NCBI RefSeq assembly: GCF_018977255.1
Contig: NW_024704742.1
Coordinates: 90,398,001 to 90,462,000, forward strand
DNA length: 64,000 bases
Origin: Callorhinchus milii
Taxonomy: Eukaryota
Reading direction: 5' to 3'
The notes beneath the pieces were generated by a model. The model worked only from the letters and a program-made list of their open reading frames with translations. It was not told where the DNA came from and ran no database searches. The position numbers and the translations under genes were made by a program. Below, one piece after another: positions 11,915 to 22,830 of the stretch; the first letter of the stretch is position 1, and each line of letters begins with the position of its first letter.

Positions 11915-12354
11915 CTGAAGAGAAAGAAGCAGGGTAATGCAGATGTCCAAGTGTTTTTTCTTGTAATCTTATTTTCACGCTTACCTAGTCAACATGAAAT
12001 GGTAATGGGATAACAGTAGGAATGGGGTCAGAAGCATCACATGCAACTGTGAAAGCAGTCTTGAGAGATCAGGTACTGTCGCTTCTCATTAATGAACTCT
12101 CCAGTCACTACTGGAGGTGCTCTGTATAACCGCATTACTGCACCATTTCTCAATATTCTATAGCCTGGAAATAGATATGTGCTCTTACAATGCAGCACAA
12201 GCAGATTTTATTTACAGCTTGTTTGCTCTTCAGGTCACAATGACAGCTTTTTAATAAAGAAATAATGAATGCAGCTGCATTAACAGTTGAGTAATTCATC
12301 CTAGTGGGAAGATATTTAAAGTGTAAGCGAGAATCTATTTGTTCCGTCAAGTGA

Positions 12355-12945
12355 ACATAGCCTAGTCGTTGGTCTCCTTGGAGCTGAACTGGCTCCAAGG
12401 TGACATGCCTGGCAATGGAATTTCGGAATCAAGCCAGCCCTCTGTGGTGGTCTCAGTAGTCTGGTTCCTGAGCCTGGCGGGTCTGCAGTATTCCAGGGCA
12501 CTGCTGATGACAGCATAGGCTCATTGGCAGGACCTGGGAGGGATGACCAAGCACTGCGGGCACCGAGTCATCCCACTCAGCTCCTGTTAATCCTGCAAGC
12601 CAAAGGCCTAATGGGTAGGGTGGTCCTAGCTGGAAAGCTTGCCAGACAGCAATATAAATGGCAAGCTATGTGGTTTTAGCTGGTTGGATTCCAGCAGTAC
12701 CCTAATGCACACTCTGGGATCTCCAAGCCTTGGCTCTTGCCATCCTGCACCTAACAGCTTCCGGAATTAGGTTAGCAGGATGCATCCCTCCAAGGAGAGA
12801 GTATATATTTCCATTCCAACAATCTTTCTCTGGGATTTCCATGTGTAGGTGGGATGCATGGAAATCTCAGCTTGGTTTGGATATGCTTAAGCATGGGGAT
12901 GGGTTTCCGCATATGTCAGACACCCGGCTGACCAAAAAAAAAATG
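12355..12945 (+). mobile_element. Longest copy (~590 bp) of unclassified retroposon family X
   Basis: Segments match 44054-44266, 46826-47262 (minus), 51135-51843 and 61647-61853; ends ggctgaccAAAAAAAAA; 5' boundary uncertain. Confidence 0.75.
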
Positions 12946-13169
12946 TCCCCCCCCGCCACCTTTCTCACCTCTCCTTATGAGAGTGAATCAATGCTGGAGT
13001 ACTGACCCACAGGTGTGGCAGAGTCACACTAAATAGGAAAGTCTCCTATTTAATTTTTAGGCAATAGACAATGGGGCACTATTACTTGCCTTTATGCCTT
13101 AGGATCACTTATGTGGGGAGGACATATCAAAGCACTTCACAACAAGGAGCAGTTAGAGATGATACATCC

Positions 13170-13408
13170 TCTTTATCGCTATCCAGTAACATGGCACTCC
13201 CACAACCCACCCATTGGAATGTGTCCATGTTGGCAAGAGCAAAATTGAGTTTGAGTGTGACGCTCCTCCACAGTTGAATAACCTGCCCACACTCACTGTC
13301 CAGACTCTTGTGAAGAATAGCAACTTGGGTGAGTATGGACACTGAGGCTGAGATACTGGACAGACAACCACAGCAACTGGAACCCCAGCACATGTCAATG
13401 CCTTCAGC
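13170..13408 (+). mobile_element. AmnSINE2-like ancient SINE fragment
   Basis: atcgctatccagt, cactcactgtccagactc..tgaagaatagcaacttgggtgag, aaccccagca..gtcaatgccttcag resemble the recalled AmnSINE2 consensus. Confidence 0.65.
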
Positions 13409-13417
13409 CTCACATTG

Positions 13418-14860
13418 TTAGCCTGGCTCAGTTGGTAGCACTCTGGCCTATGAGTCAGAAGGTTGTAGGTTGAAGGTTGGGACTTTGAACTCATATGGTC
13501 TCCGTCGACATTCTAATGCAGCGCTGGGGATATGCTTCATTATTGAAGGTGTTGCTCGGCAAGCTGAGTACTCTCCACCTGTTCAGGTTATCATTAGATA
13601 TTAATCCTTGCATTTCAAATAGTTCCTTTCACATGGGGAGGACATCTTAATAAGAATTAGGAGCAGGAGTAGGCCATTTGGCCCTTCGTGCCTGCTCCGC
13701 CATTCAATAAGACATGGCTGATCTTCTCACCTAACTCTGATTACCTGCCCTATCCCCATATCCCCTAATCCCTCTATTTTTCAAGAATCTATCAGTCTCA
13801 GCCTTGAAAATGTTCAAGGACTGAGCATCTACAGCCTTCTGGGGTAGTGAATTCCATAAGTTTACTAGCCTCTGAGTGAAGAAATGTTTCCTCAACTCTG
13901 TTCCAAGAGGCTGACCTTTAATTTTAAGACTGTGACCCCTGGTTATAGATTCTCCTACCAGGGGAAACAGACCCTCAGTGTCTACTTTATCCAGCCCTTT
14001 AAGAATCTTATAAGTTTCAATAAGATCCCCCCTAATTCTTCTGTACTCTAGAGAATACAGCCCTAGTTTATTCAGCCTATCCTCATAGGTCAGTCCCCTC
14101 ATCCCAGGAACTAACTGAGTGAATCTATGCTGCACCCCCTCTAGGGCAAGTATGTCCTTTTTTAAATAAGGAGACCAAAACTGCACACAATACTCTAGGT
14201 GTGGTCTCACCAAAGCCCTATACAGTTGCAGCAAGACTTCCCTACTCTTATATTCTAAACCTTTCGAAATGAATGCTAACATGCCGTTCGCCTTCTTAGT
14301 TGCTGCTGCACCTGTAAACTAACTTTTTGGGACTGGTGTACAAGGACACCCAAATCCCTTTGAATACTAACACTATCTAACTTCTCCCCTTCCAGAAAAT
14401 AATCTGTTCTTTTATTCTTGCTACCTAGGTGAATAATTTCACACTTGCTAACATTGAATTCCATCTGCCACCTACTTGCCCACTCCCCTAGCCTATCTAT
14501 ATCTTGTTGCAATCTTTTTGCATCATCCTGAGAGCTCACTCTGCTACCTAGTTTAGTATCATCCGCGAATTAAGACACATTACATTCAATTAAAGCGCTT
14601 CACAGCCTTTTACTGTAAACTGCAATGACTGCCTATTTTGTAAGTAATCCCACGGCACTATTTAAAAAAAGAAAGGAATTTCTCTTGGCATCCTGCCCAA
14701 TAAACCTCCAAATAAAATTGGTCGTTCACTTCATAGCTATTTTTGTGGAACATAGGCTTCTGTGTTTGCCTGCAAAATACAGTCATTCATAGTATCTCCT
14801 GTGAAAAGCTTTGAGGCACACTCCCAACATGAAATCAAATGTAAAGATTATTGTTATTAT
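13418..14860 (+). mobile_element. Deu-domain SINE (SacSINE1/AmnSINE1-like), split into 13418-13600 and 14646-14860
   Basis: Head gcctggctcagttggtagcactct..gagtcagaaggttg; resumes at atcccacggcactattt. Confidence 0.75.
13651..14589 (-). mobile_element. CR1 LINE 3' part (shark HER1-like) with TSD TTAA
   Basis: FADDTKL, WQMEFNVSKC, LYRALVRPHLEYCVQFWSP, RGDLIETYKI, TRGHSLKI; 3' end ctcctgctcctaattctta. Confidence 0.96.
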
Positions 14861-15519
14861 TCACTAACAGAGGAGTGAGAAACAGTGAAAACGGGAGAAA
14901 AGATAGCTTTGCTCACTAACAGTGAAAGCAACAGTAACCATTTATCCAGATACAAAATCCATCTCCTGGAATGGATTACTGCATGCCTCAACACATCAAC
15001 ACATCCATTATTCATGAAGCCTGCACAGTTCTTTTGAGTAAGGGTGAAACTAATACGTCACTCGCACACGCATTATGCAGGACAAATAGCAGATCATAGC
15101 TCACAGCTTGGAAATGAGGTTATAAAGCAGTAGCTTCCGTGCTGAGAGAAGTAAAAGTTGACAAGGGTCTGATCGAACAGAGGCAAACCTAAACTCAGAA
15201 CCAAACCACCATTGGCTCTATCAGCACAAGCCTTGGTTCTTCCTGAAAGCCCCAAAGGCACGAGATGTAAACTTTCTGCACAAAAACAAACTTCGATTCC
15301 AAGAAAAAGGCTTACTTGTGTTCATTTGGCTCCCAGGCTTGTTCAATTAAGCATTTTTGAGGCAAGACTTTCCGTTTCAAAAGTCTCAGCATATCGCTGT
15401 CCATGTAGGAGCTCCCACACAGGGACAGTTCCCCATTTCAGAAAAGGAAACATCACATCCCACATGAATGTAGTTAATAACTTGATGCTTACACAAGAGA
15501 AAAGAGAATAGAGATGTAT

Positions 15520-15623
15520 AGAGTGGAGATTTGGAGGGATGAAGGCTCATGTGAAGTATAAACACAGGCAGTTAGGCCGAATGGCCTGTTTCCTTGCTGT
15601 AGCAGTCTATGTAATTCTATGTA
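15520..15623 (+). mobile_element. CR1-type 3' end
   Basis: ggccgaatggcctgtttcc..gctgta..ctatgtaattctatgta; a similar fragment lies at 9555-9625. Confidence 0.7.
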
Positions 15624-15716
15624 GAAAATAGCTAAAATGAGATATATTCAACACTATCTGATCAATAGGAGGCAGAGTCAACTTAAAACAAACTCTAGAA
15701 CCTCACTCAAATCCAC

Positions 15717-16114
15717 AATGATCCTCGCATTTGATTTTATCCCTTAACATCTCAAAGCGTTTCACAGGATGTGTAATACCTGCATATTTGTAGTTTGAAC
15801 ACGGCAAACAATATGCACACAGCAATATCCCATGAATGACCATAAAGTGAATGACCAACTTTTTTTTATTTAGGGTATTGTTGGCCAGGATACCTGGAAA
15901 AATTATTCTCTTTTCGAATAGTGCCATGGGATCTTTTACATCCACCTGAACAGGCAAACAGGACTTTGGTTTAGCCTCCGATAATTCAGCCCTCCCCCAG
16001 TACTGCAAATGAATATCAGCCTAAACTATAGGAGCTCAAAGTCCCTGTGTGGGTCTTTAAGCTACAATTTTCTAACTCAGAGGTGAAATTTCAACCAACT
16101 TAGCCAGGCTGATA
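15717..16114 (-). mobile_element. Deu-domain SINE, near full length
   Basis: Reverse complement of cctgttcaggtggatgtaaaagatcccatggcactattcgaa; head and (TTA)-type tail present. Confidence 0.85.
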
Positions 16115-17489
16115 CAACTTGCTCTTAAACATCAGTGATGGGAGGAGTGGAGGATAGTGTAGAGAAGTACACAGAGTACATTCTCTCTAGTCATTACGTT
16201 TAGTGTATTTTTCACAATGTGCACAGATAATAGGGCACCTTAGCAAGAACTGGCAAACATGAGAGCAGCTTCCACAATCTCGGGGAGCAGGATTGTGTTT
16301 GGGGGAGTTGTTGCTGGCTTGTTACCAGAGGAGGCACTGTTAAAGACTACAATACAGGTATGAATACGGAGCTCACTCACTCCATCAAGTGAAAATTAAG
16401 TCTCTGAAGTGAATTGTGACACCCAATGCAGTGAAGCTATTATTGATCAAAAAATAAACAGAACCGCTCACACCTGCGAATCCCTGATAAAAGAAATCCA
16501 CTGAGGACTTTGCTGTTCGAGGTTCTTCAGCTTGGGTTAGGTTAAGGCATAAATCCCACGCTCTCATTAACTCCAAAGTACACCTCCCCTCCTTGAAGCA
16601 TGATGAATGCTTTTTTTAAAACAAACTGTGTTTAACAGTATTTTCCTTTTGTATTCTTAATTGCATAACTTCCTTCACACATTATACAAGAGCCCCAGAT
16701 TTGCAACCACAAACATTGGACTCCTTGAGATAGACTCAGTCTCACAAATGTAGCAATTCAACCACAGGACAAAAATGTGGCTGGCAGATATGAAGGCCCC
16801 AGATTTACATCCTGAATCTCTTTCAAAAGAGTGGAGCTGGAAAGTGTTTTCTCTCTGCTCTTCCCCCCACCCCCAAGCTTTCTGTCCTTCAATACAGTGG
16901 AAACTTGCCTCTGTGGCCACTTAAATTATCACACCACGTTTTCACAACTGTTCTTTTCCTAGTGTCAACTGTATCTGCGACTCACTCATGTGAGCAACCT
17001 ACTTTGCAAGCAGTAAATACAATCCCACTCTGGGCAACTACATCTGTGTGAATCAGCCCTTCAGGGATTTATGTGACGACTCTTATGAGCAGGTGGAATG
17101 ACGTAAGTTGAAGGTCCCATTTAAAAACATGGGCCCAAGGCCATTTCTAATTGATGATTGTTACATCCCAGTACATGACTGTCTTAGACAGCGTGCATAT
17201 CCAATGCTCAGGCTGAGAAGAATTCAGTCAATCTCCCCCATCCACACCCCAAATTCCCAACCAGAGTGGTGTCAACTAGCACATTGCTCACATAATGTAT
17301 CTGCCATATCTGCTGTGTGAGGAGAAAAAATCTGGTGTCATGACTCGTGAGCATTCAAATAATTGATGCCACACAATAGGATTTTTTTGTTTAGAAAATA
17401 TTATAAAAAGTAACGCACAAAATAAAAACTACTTATAAATATAAGAGTCAAATAAAGAAGATATCCCCTCTTATGCCTTCCATATCACC

Positions 17490-19045
17490 CACTCTTTCCA
17501 CAAAGGCTCCCACCACTGCCCGCACCCTGTACTCCTTTGACCCCATTTCTCCTTCCTTCCTTTCTACCATCAAAACCAATGTGGAGCCCATCACCTGCTG
17601 CCTTGACCCCCTCCCACCCAGCTGCTGGTCACTCAATGTCTCCTCCGCTGCCTACTACTGGCAGACACAGTTAACCTGACCTCTCCTCAGGCTCTGTCCC
17701 AAACCCCTCAAAACCGCTATCATCACTCCTCTCCTCAAAAATAACACCCTTGATCCCTCTAACGTCACACTACAGGCCCATTTCAAAGTTGCCCTTCATT
17801 TCTAAAGTCCTGGAACGAGTTGATGCCAACCAACTTCACTTACATCTCTTTCTCCATTCCCTACTCAAGGCCCTCCAATCTGGTTTCTGCCCTGCCCATA
17901 GCACCAAGACAGAGTTCATCAAAGTTACAAATGACGTCCTCTCTCTAAGAACAGGACTCTCTCTGTCTCCTTGTCCTCCGGGACCTCTCTGCTGCCTTTG
18001 ACACAGTCAATCCTGCCATCCTCCTCCACTGCCTCTCCTCCCTTATCCAGCTTAGTGGGACTGAACTCTTCTGGATCAAGTCCTACTTAAGCAACTGCCA
18101 TCACTTTGTTTCCACTAACAATTTGTCTTCCAACCCCCGCCCGGTCACTTGCAGCATATCCTTCTTTTCCCCATTCACATGCTCCCTCTTGATGAAGTCA
18201 TCTGCAGAAATGGGGTCAACCTCCACAAGTATGCGGATGACACCAAATCTACTTCTTCTCCAGCTGCAGACCTTGGTCCGCCAATGTTGTCCTCTTAGAC
18301 ATCAAGGCTTGGATGAGGCCAATTTTCTGTAGCTGAATGTTGACAAGACCGAAGCCATCTGTCAACGTCTTATCACCTGCGACTTCAATCTCTTTAACTT
18401 TCCTGACCTATCCCTCAGACTTACTGAATCTGTGCAAAGCCTCAGCGTCAAGTTCCATCCTCAGCCGTCCTTCCTATCTGCTCCCTGACGAGCAACATCA
18501 ACAATCAAATTACATTTGTATAGTGCCTTTCATGTTGGGAGGACATAGCAGGACCGCTTTCTTCTGCCACATTGCCTGCCTCCAAACCTATCTCATATCC
18601 ACCCAGATGAAATCCTTATCCATGCATTTGTCACCAGCCGCTTGATTATTCCATTGCCCTCCTCGCCAGTCTCCCTAGTTCCTATCAATTAAAAATTCCG
18701 CCACCCATACCGTACTCCCATCACCCCAGTCCTTGCCAGGCTCCACCGAATCCCTAATACAGAACAGATCGATTTCAAGATCTTCACACTTGTGTACAAA
18801 TCATTTCATGCTCTACCTCTCCGATCTGCTTATACCCCACTTCATGACCCGCTGCCTTCGCTCAGATGGCTCCAGCATGTCCCTCACTCCACCATCGGTG
18901 GCTGTGCTTTCAGCTATTAAGCCCCCAAACCATGAAACCCTCTGCCTCATTCCCTCCACTTGCCTCCTCTCTCTCCCCGGCTCAGCATCAAGCTCTGCTA
19001 TGGTTAAGCGATCTGAGATGCTAGCCCACTTGAAGAGCGCTCTGT
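17490..19045 (+). mobile_element. Degraded L2 LINE (~1.5 kb) with an antisense L2 tail inserted at ~18490-18547
   Basis: YRPISKLPFISKVLER, QSGFCPAHST, DLSAAFDTV, YADDT; tail gaatgcaagttgttgttg. Confidence 0.9.
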
Positions 19046-20054
19046 GAATGCAAGTTGTTGTTGATTAATGTGGTACAGGTTATACTCTGATATTGAAACA
19101 TTATGTATTACTTCTGTCCTCATAGTCTAAAGTAACTGACCTTTAGCAAATGAAATTTTCAATCTCAATACTTCAAGCTGCTCTCCTTGTTAGGATGTAA
19201 TGAATCAAATACACCCTAACAATGGCTTAGAAAATAGGACAACAACATGAAGAGAAATCAGGAAATTCCACTAAAATGCCATGTGGGGATGTCTCCTGAA
19301 AATGACTGTTTCAATCCATTACCATCTTCCCTGCCATCTTCCCTGCCTAATAAAAGTTCAGTCTTAATTTATTTCTTGGAAAAGCTATCTGTATGCAAAT
19401 TACACATATGTTATCAGTTTCACATCCCCCAAGCTTGACACCATGTATTCCACCATAAATATTCATTTACATTCATACCTCGGTGAGGCTCCTACGCTTT
19501 ACAGAATATCAAACCGGTCGAATCAAGTCGACTCTGATGGAATTACCACCAAACATCTATCCCTCTGTTCCTGACAAGCAATAACTGAAACAGTGCACCA
19601 TAATATTCAACCGTGAGGCTACTGAGGGAGAAATTTCATCTGAGTCTAGATTTACTCTATTTCAGAGCATCCAGAATTTAGCAAGTTCTTATATGTAACA
19701 TAAATTTTGAAGGCAGTTTTTCCATTACACCTTTGAACTACAAAATTGGCTTCAAATTTAAGACTGAATTCAACACCTTGCCAAATTCTGCACACTCTGA
19801 AAAGCTAAGAAAACGAGTAAATCTACATCCAATATGCACAACAGTAAGTGTTGAACAATAAGTCACAGAGCTAGAAGACAAGAAGTGCAAACTGCCCAGC
19901 ATCAAGCAAGACTGCAAATTGGAATACAATTATTTTACAGCTCAGTGTGCATATGACAGAATAGACTCCCATTCAATAAACAGTTAATGCTACTTTGGTG
20001 CACTCCTATAAAAAGGAACTTAATAAATATTTGCTTAGGATAGGATGGAGCTCA

Positions 20055-20413
20055 CAAATGGCTTAGTAGGCAAAGCCTCGAGTGAAAGAGTCATGTAAAC
20101 CAAGGAGGTATGAGGTTTGACTTCTGGTCCATATTGAGTTGGCTGACCTCAACTGGGCAGTAGTTCTCTGAACCTTTGCCAGGAACGAGGTATATAATTA
20201 GACATGGTTCCTGTTCTTGATCTCTATCCAGTACATGTTCACTTCACATTGGGAATGATAGAATAGTGTTTGGCTGTGATAGGTAAGTAGTGAACAGTCA
20301 TTCACTGTCTGGGAACACTCTCTGAGAATGGCAGGGTGTTGGCAGGATAGTCGATACCTATGAAATTGTATCACACCACAAGTCGCACCCTTTAAGAGAG
20401 CAGGGCAGAAAAT
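20055..20413 (+). mobile_element. AmnSINE2-like ancient SINE, near full length and diverged
   Basis: tgagttggctgacctcaactggg, ggttcctgttcttgatctctatccagt, ggctgtgat, ttcactgtct, gagaatggc. Confidence 0.65.
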
Positions 20414-21004
20414 GTGAAGGAGCGAAACAGAGACAAAAAATATGCATGAAGATTCCAGGGTAGACCAAAACAGAAAACGTAGAGCAAATTAAAAGGCAAA
20501 ATGATCAGGCACTTTACAAAAGAGTGCTTGCTCCTCTGGCATCATTGGAACAGTCTGGGAATGCACCTTTGTACGATTAAATTATGAAGGCAGTAATGTT
20601 TAATTCATGCAAGAATTAATTTCTCTCAGTATCCTGGCCAGCAATCCTCCAGGTTAATTGGCCATTCACCTCATGACTGCATGAGAGACCTTGCCGTGCT
20701 ATGTGTAAACTAGCTGCTGCATTCCCCTGGGTAAACAGTCATTACACTGGACAGGAATTAAAGCTCTGAGACCTTGATATGAAAAGGCACTGCAAATTTG
20801 CAAGTTCTGTCCTCTTTAATTAATATCCAATAATTGTTTCATTCAAACACATTCAGGGTTTTTTTTAGCATGTGTTTTTAAACTAGTTAAATTGGAATGA
20901 GATCCTGAAAGTCAAAACTGCACGTGATCCATTGGAAGCACTTTTTTCCCATTTTGCACTTTCCTTTACTGTAAACTTTCCATCACTGTAAATTTTCTGG
21001 AATA

Positions 21005-21248
21005 CTGTTCAAGTAGACATTAAAGATCCCATGACACAATATGAAGAGAAGGATGTCCCTCTCGGTGTCCTAGCCAATAATCCCCCAAATGAAATTGGTC
21101 ATTCACTTCATGGCTGCTTGTGGGACATTGCTGTGCACAAATTGGCTGCCGCAGTTGCAAACAAATACACAATCACTACACTGAACATTAAATCCTGTCA
21201 ATTGCTTTCCAGGCAACCTCCTGCCATGAAGGGAGCTGTATCAAATCC
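21005..21248 (+). mobile_element. Deu-domain SINE 3' half (another fragment at ~20620-20810)
   Basis: aaagatcccatgacac..., tgtgggacattgctgtgcacaaattggctgcc. Confidence 0.8.
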
Positions 21249-22167
21249 AACAACAACAACAACAAGATTGCATTTACAGAGCGCCTTTCATGTCGGGAGG
21301 ACGTCCCAAGGCACTGGACAGTTGGGTCGGGACCCGAGCAGGGGGGAAATGGTCAGGGTGAGGGGAGGGAAGGGAGGGAGCAAGGAGGTGGTAGAGAGTC
21401 GAGAGGGGAGCTGAAGGCTCGGTTGAAGAGAAAGGTCTTGAGACCGGCCTTGAAGGAGGAAAGGGAGGAGGCGGCGAAGGCACTGGGGGATGGAGTTCCA
21501 GAGCCTCGGGGCTGAGGGGCTGAAGGCCCGGCCACCGATGGTAGGGCGGTTGGGGCGGGGGATGTGGAGCAGACCGGAGCCAGAGGAACGGAGGGTACGG
21601 GCAGGTAAGTAGGGGGATAGTAGGTCGGAGAGGTAGGAGGGAGCAAGGCTGTGAATGGCCTTGTAGGTGAGGATGAGGATCTTGAATTCGATCCTCTGGG
21701 GGATGGGGGAAGCCAGTGGAGGTGAGCGAGGGTGGGAGTGATGTGGTCCGAAGCCTGGTGCGGGACAGTACACGAGCTGCAGAGTTCTGAATGACCTGCA
21801 GCTTGTGGAGGGAGGTGGCGGGAAGGCCGGCGAGGAGAGAGTTCCCATAGTCCAGCCTTGAGGTGATAAAGGCGTGGACCAGAGTTTCAGCAGCATGAGG
21901 GGTGAGGTAGTGCCGTAGTCTGGCGATGTTCCGGAGGTGATGGAAGGCGGTGCCAGCTGTGGCGCGGATGTGGGGAAGAAAGGACAGCTCAGGGTCGAAC
22001 AGAACCCCGAGGTTCCTGACTGACTTTGAGAGGTGGAGAGTGCAGCCTTGGATGCTGATGGTGTCAGCGCCTGAGGTGCGGAGGCCCTGACGTGAGCCAA
22101 TCAGGAGGACCTCAGTTTTGCGCACGTTGAGCTGAAGAAAGTTGTCTCTCGCCCAGGACTCGATGTT
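21249..22167 (-). mobile_element. L2 LINE young subfamily A, 0.9 kb 3' part
   Basis: ORFs 21274-22179 and 21288-22100 together give a nearly intact ORF2 C-terminus with a frameshift near 21700; (CAA)n tail. Confidence 0.97.
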
Positions 22168-22659
22168 TATTATTGTCACTTTATTCTAAAATTCAAATTA
22201 TTTATCCATTTTAAGGGNTGTATCATTACCTTACTTTAAATCTGCTTAATATAATATTAAAATCCAAGCATATCTTTCACAAAAGCCATAGAGTATGGAA
22301 TAAAAGAATATGATAGAGCCTAATAGGCAGAGTTATAAAAAGATAACTTTCAGGAATGCATTGATATATTAATTTTATACAGTTAAATAAAAATAGGAAT
22401 AATTTAACTTTTGATATGATGTGATAATTATCAGCAAATCGGCAATGAAACATTGCATTCTTCATCTTTAAATTGTTTTCCCTTTCTGTTCACTGGGCAA
22501 AAAAAAGAAACTCATCAGCGGTTAAAATTACAGCTTGCCAAAGTCATATTGTGCTGTAAGTCAGCACCGAGCAATTGAGGATTAAGTTTGTGACAGAAAC
22601 AACCATGGAGAAATTTCTCCCAGTGTACTGACCAAAGGTCCTAAAAATTAAAATCAGCC

Positions 22660-22830
22660 CTTTTAATTCCTGGCTATTTGTGAGGCACTGAGCTGCACCA
22701 ATTGGCTGCTGCGTTCACTTACAAATACAGTCACCAACTACTCTTCACAATAAATCCTGTAAAGCACTTGGAGACGCCCGACCGATGTGAAAGGCCCTAT
22801 ATCAAATGTTAGGATTATTATATTATTATT
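22660..22830 (+). mobile_element. SINE 3' fragment
   Basis: caattggctgctgcgttcac...atatcaaatgttaggattattat. Confidence 0.75.

Noticed and set aside
11278..11937. 219-aa plus-strand ORF
   Set aside because: Begins in an antisense L2 tail, has no recognisable domain and overlaps the better minus-strand exon candidate
15316..15430. Minus-strand open frame ending at a GTAAG donor in phase 2
   Set aside because: No credible acceptor and the peptide is unrecognised
16963..17102. Plus-strand exon with strong acceptor and GTAAGT donor
   Set aside because: Stops in all three frames; pseudo-exon unless RNA data show a non-coding transcript
19479..19570. Minus-strand exon-like segment
   Set aside because: Stops in all frames
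22218..22218. Ambiguous base n (also at 41902)
   Set aside because: Sequencing or assembly ambiguity, not biology
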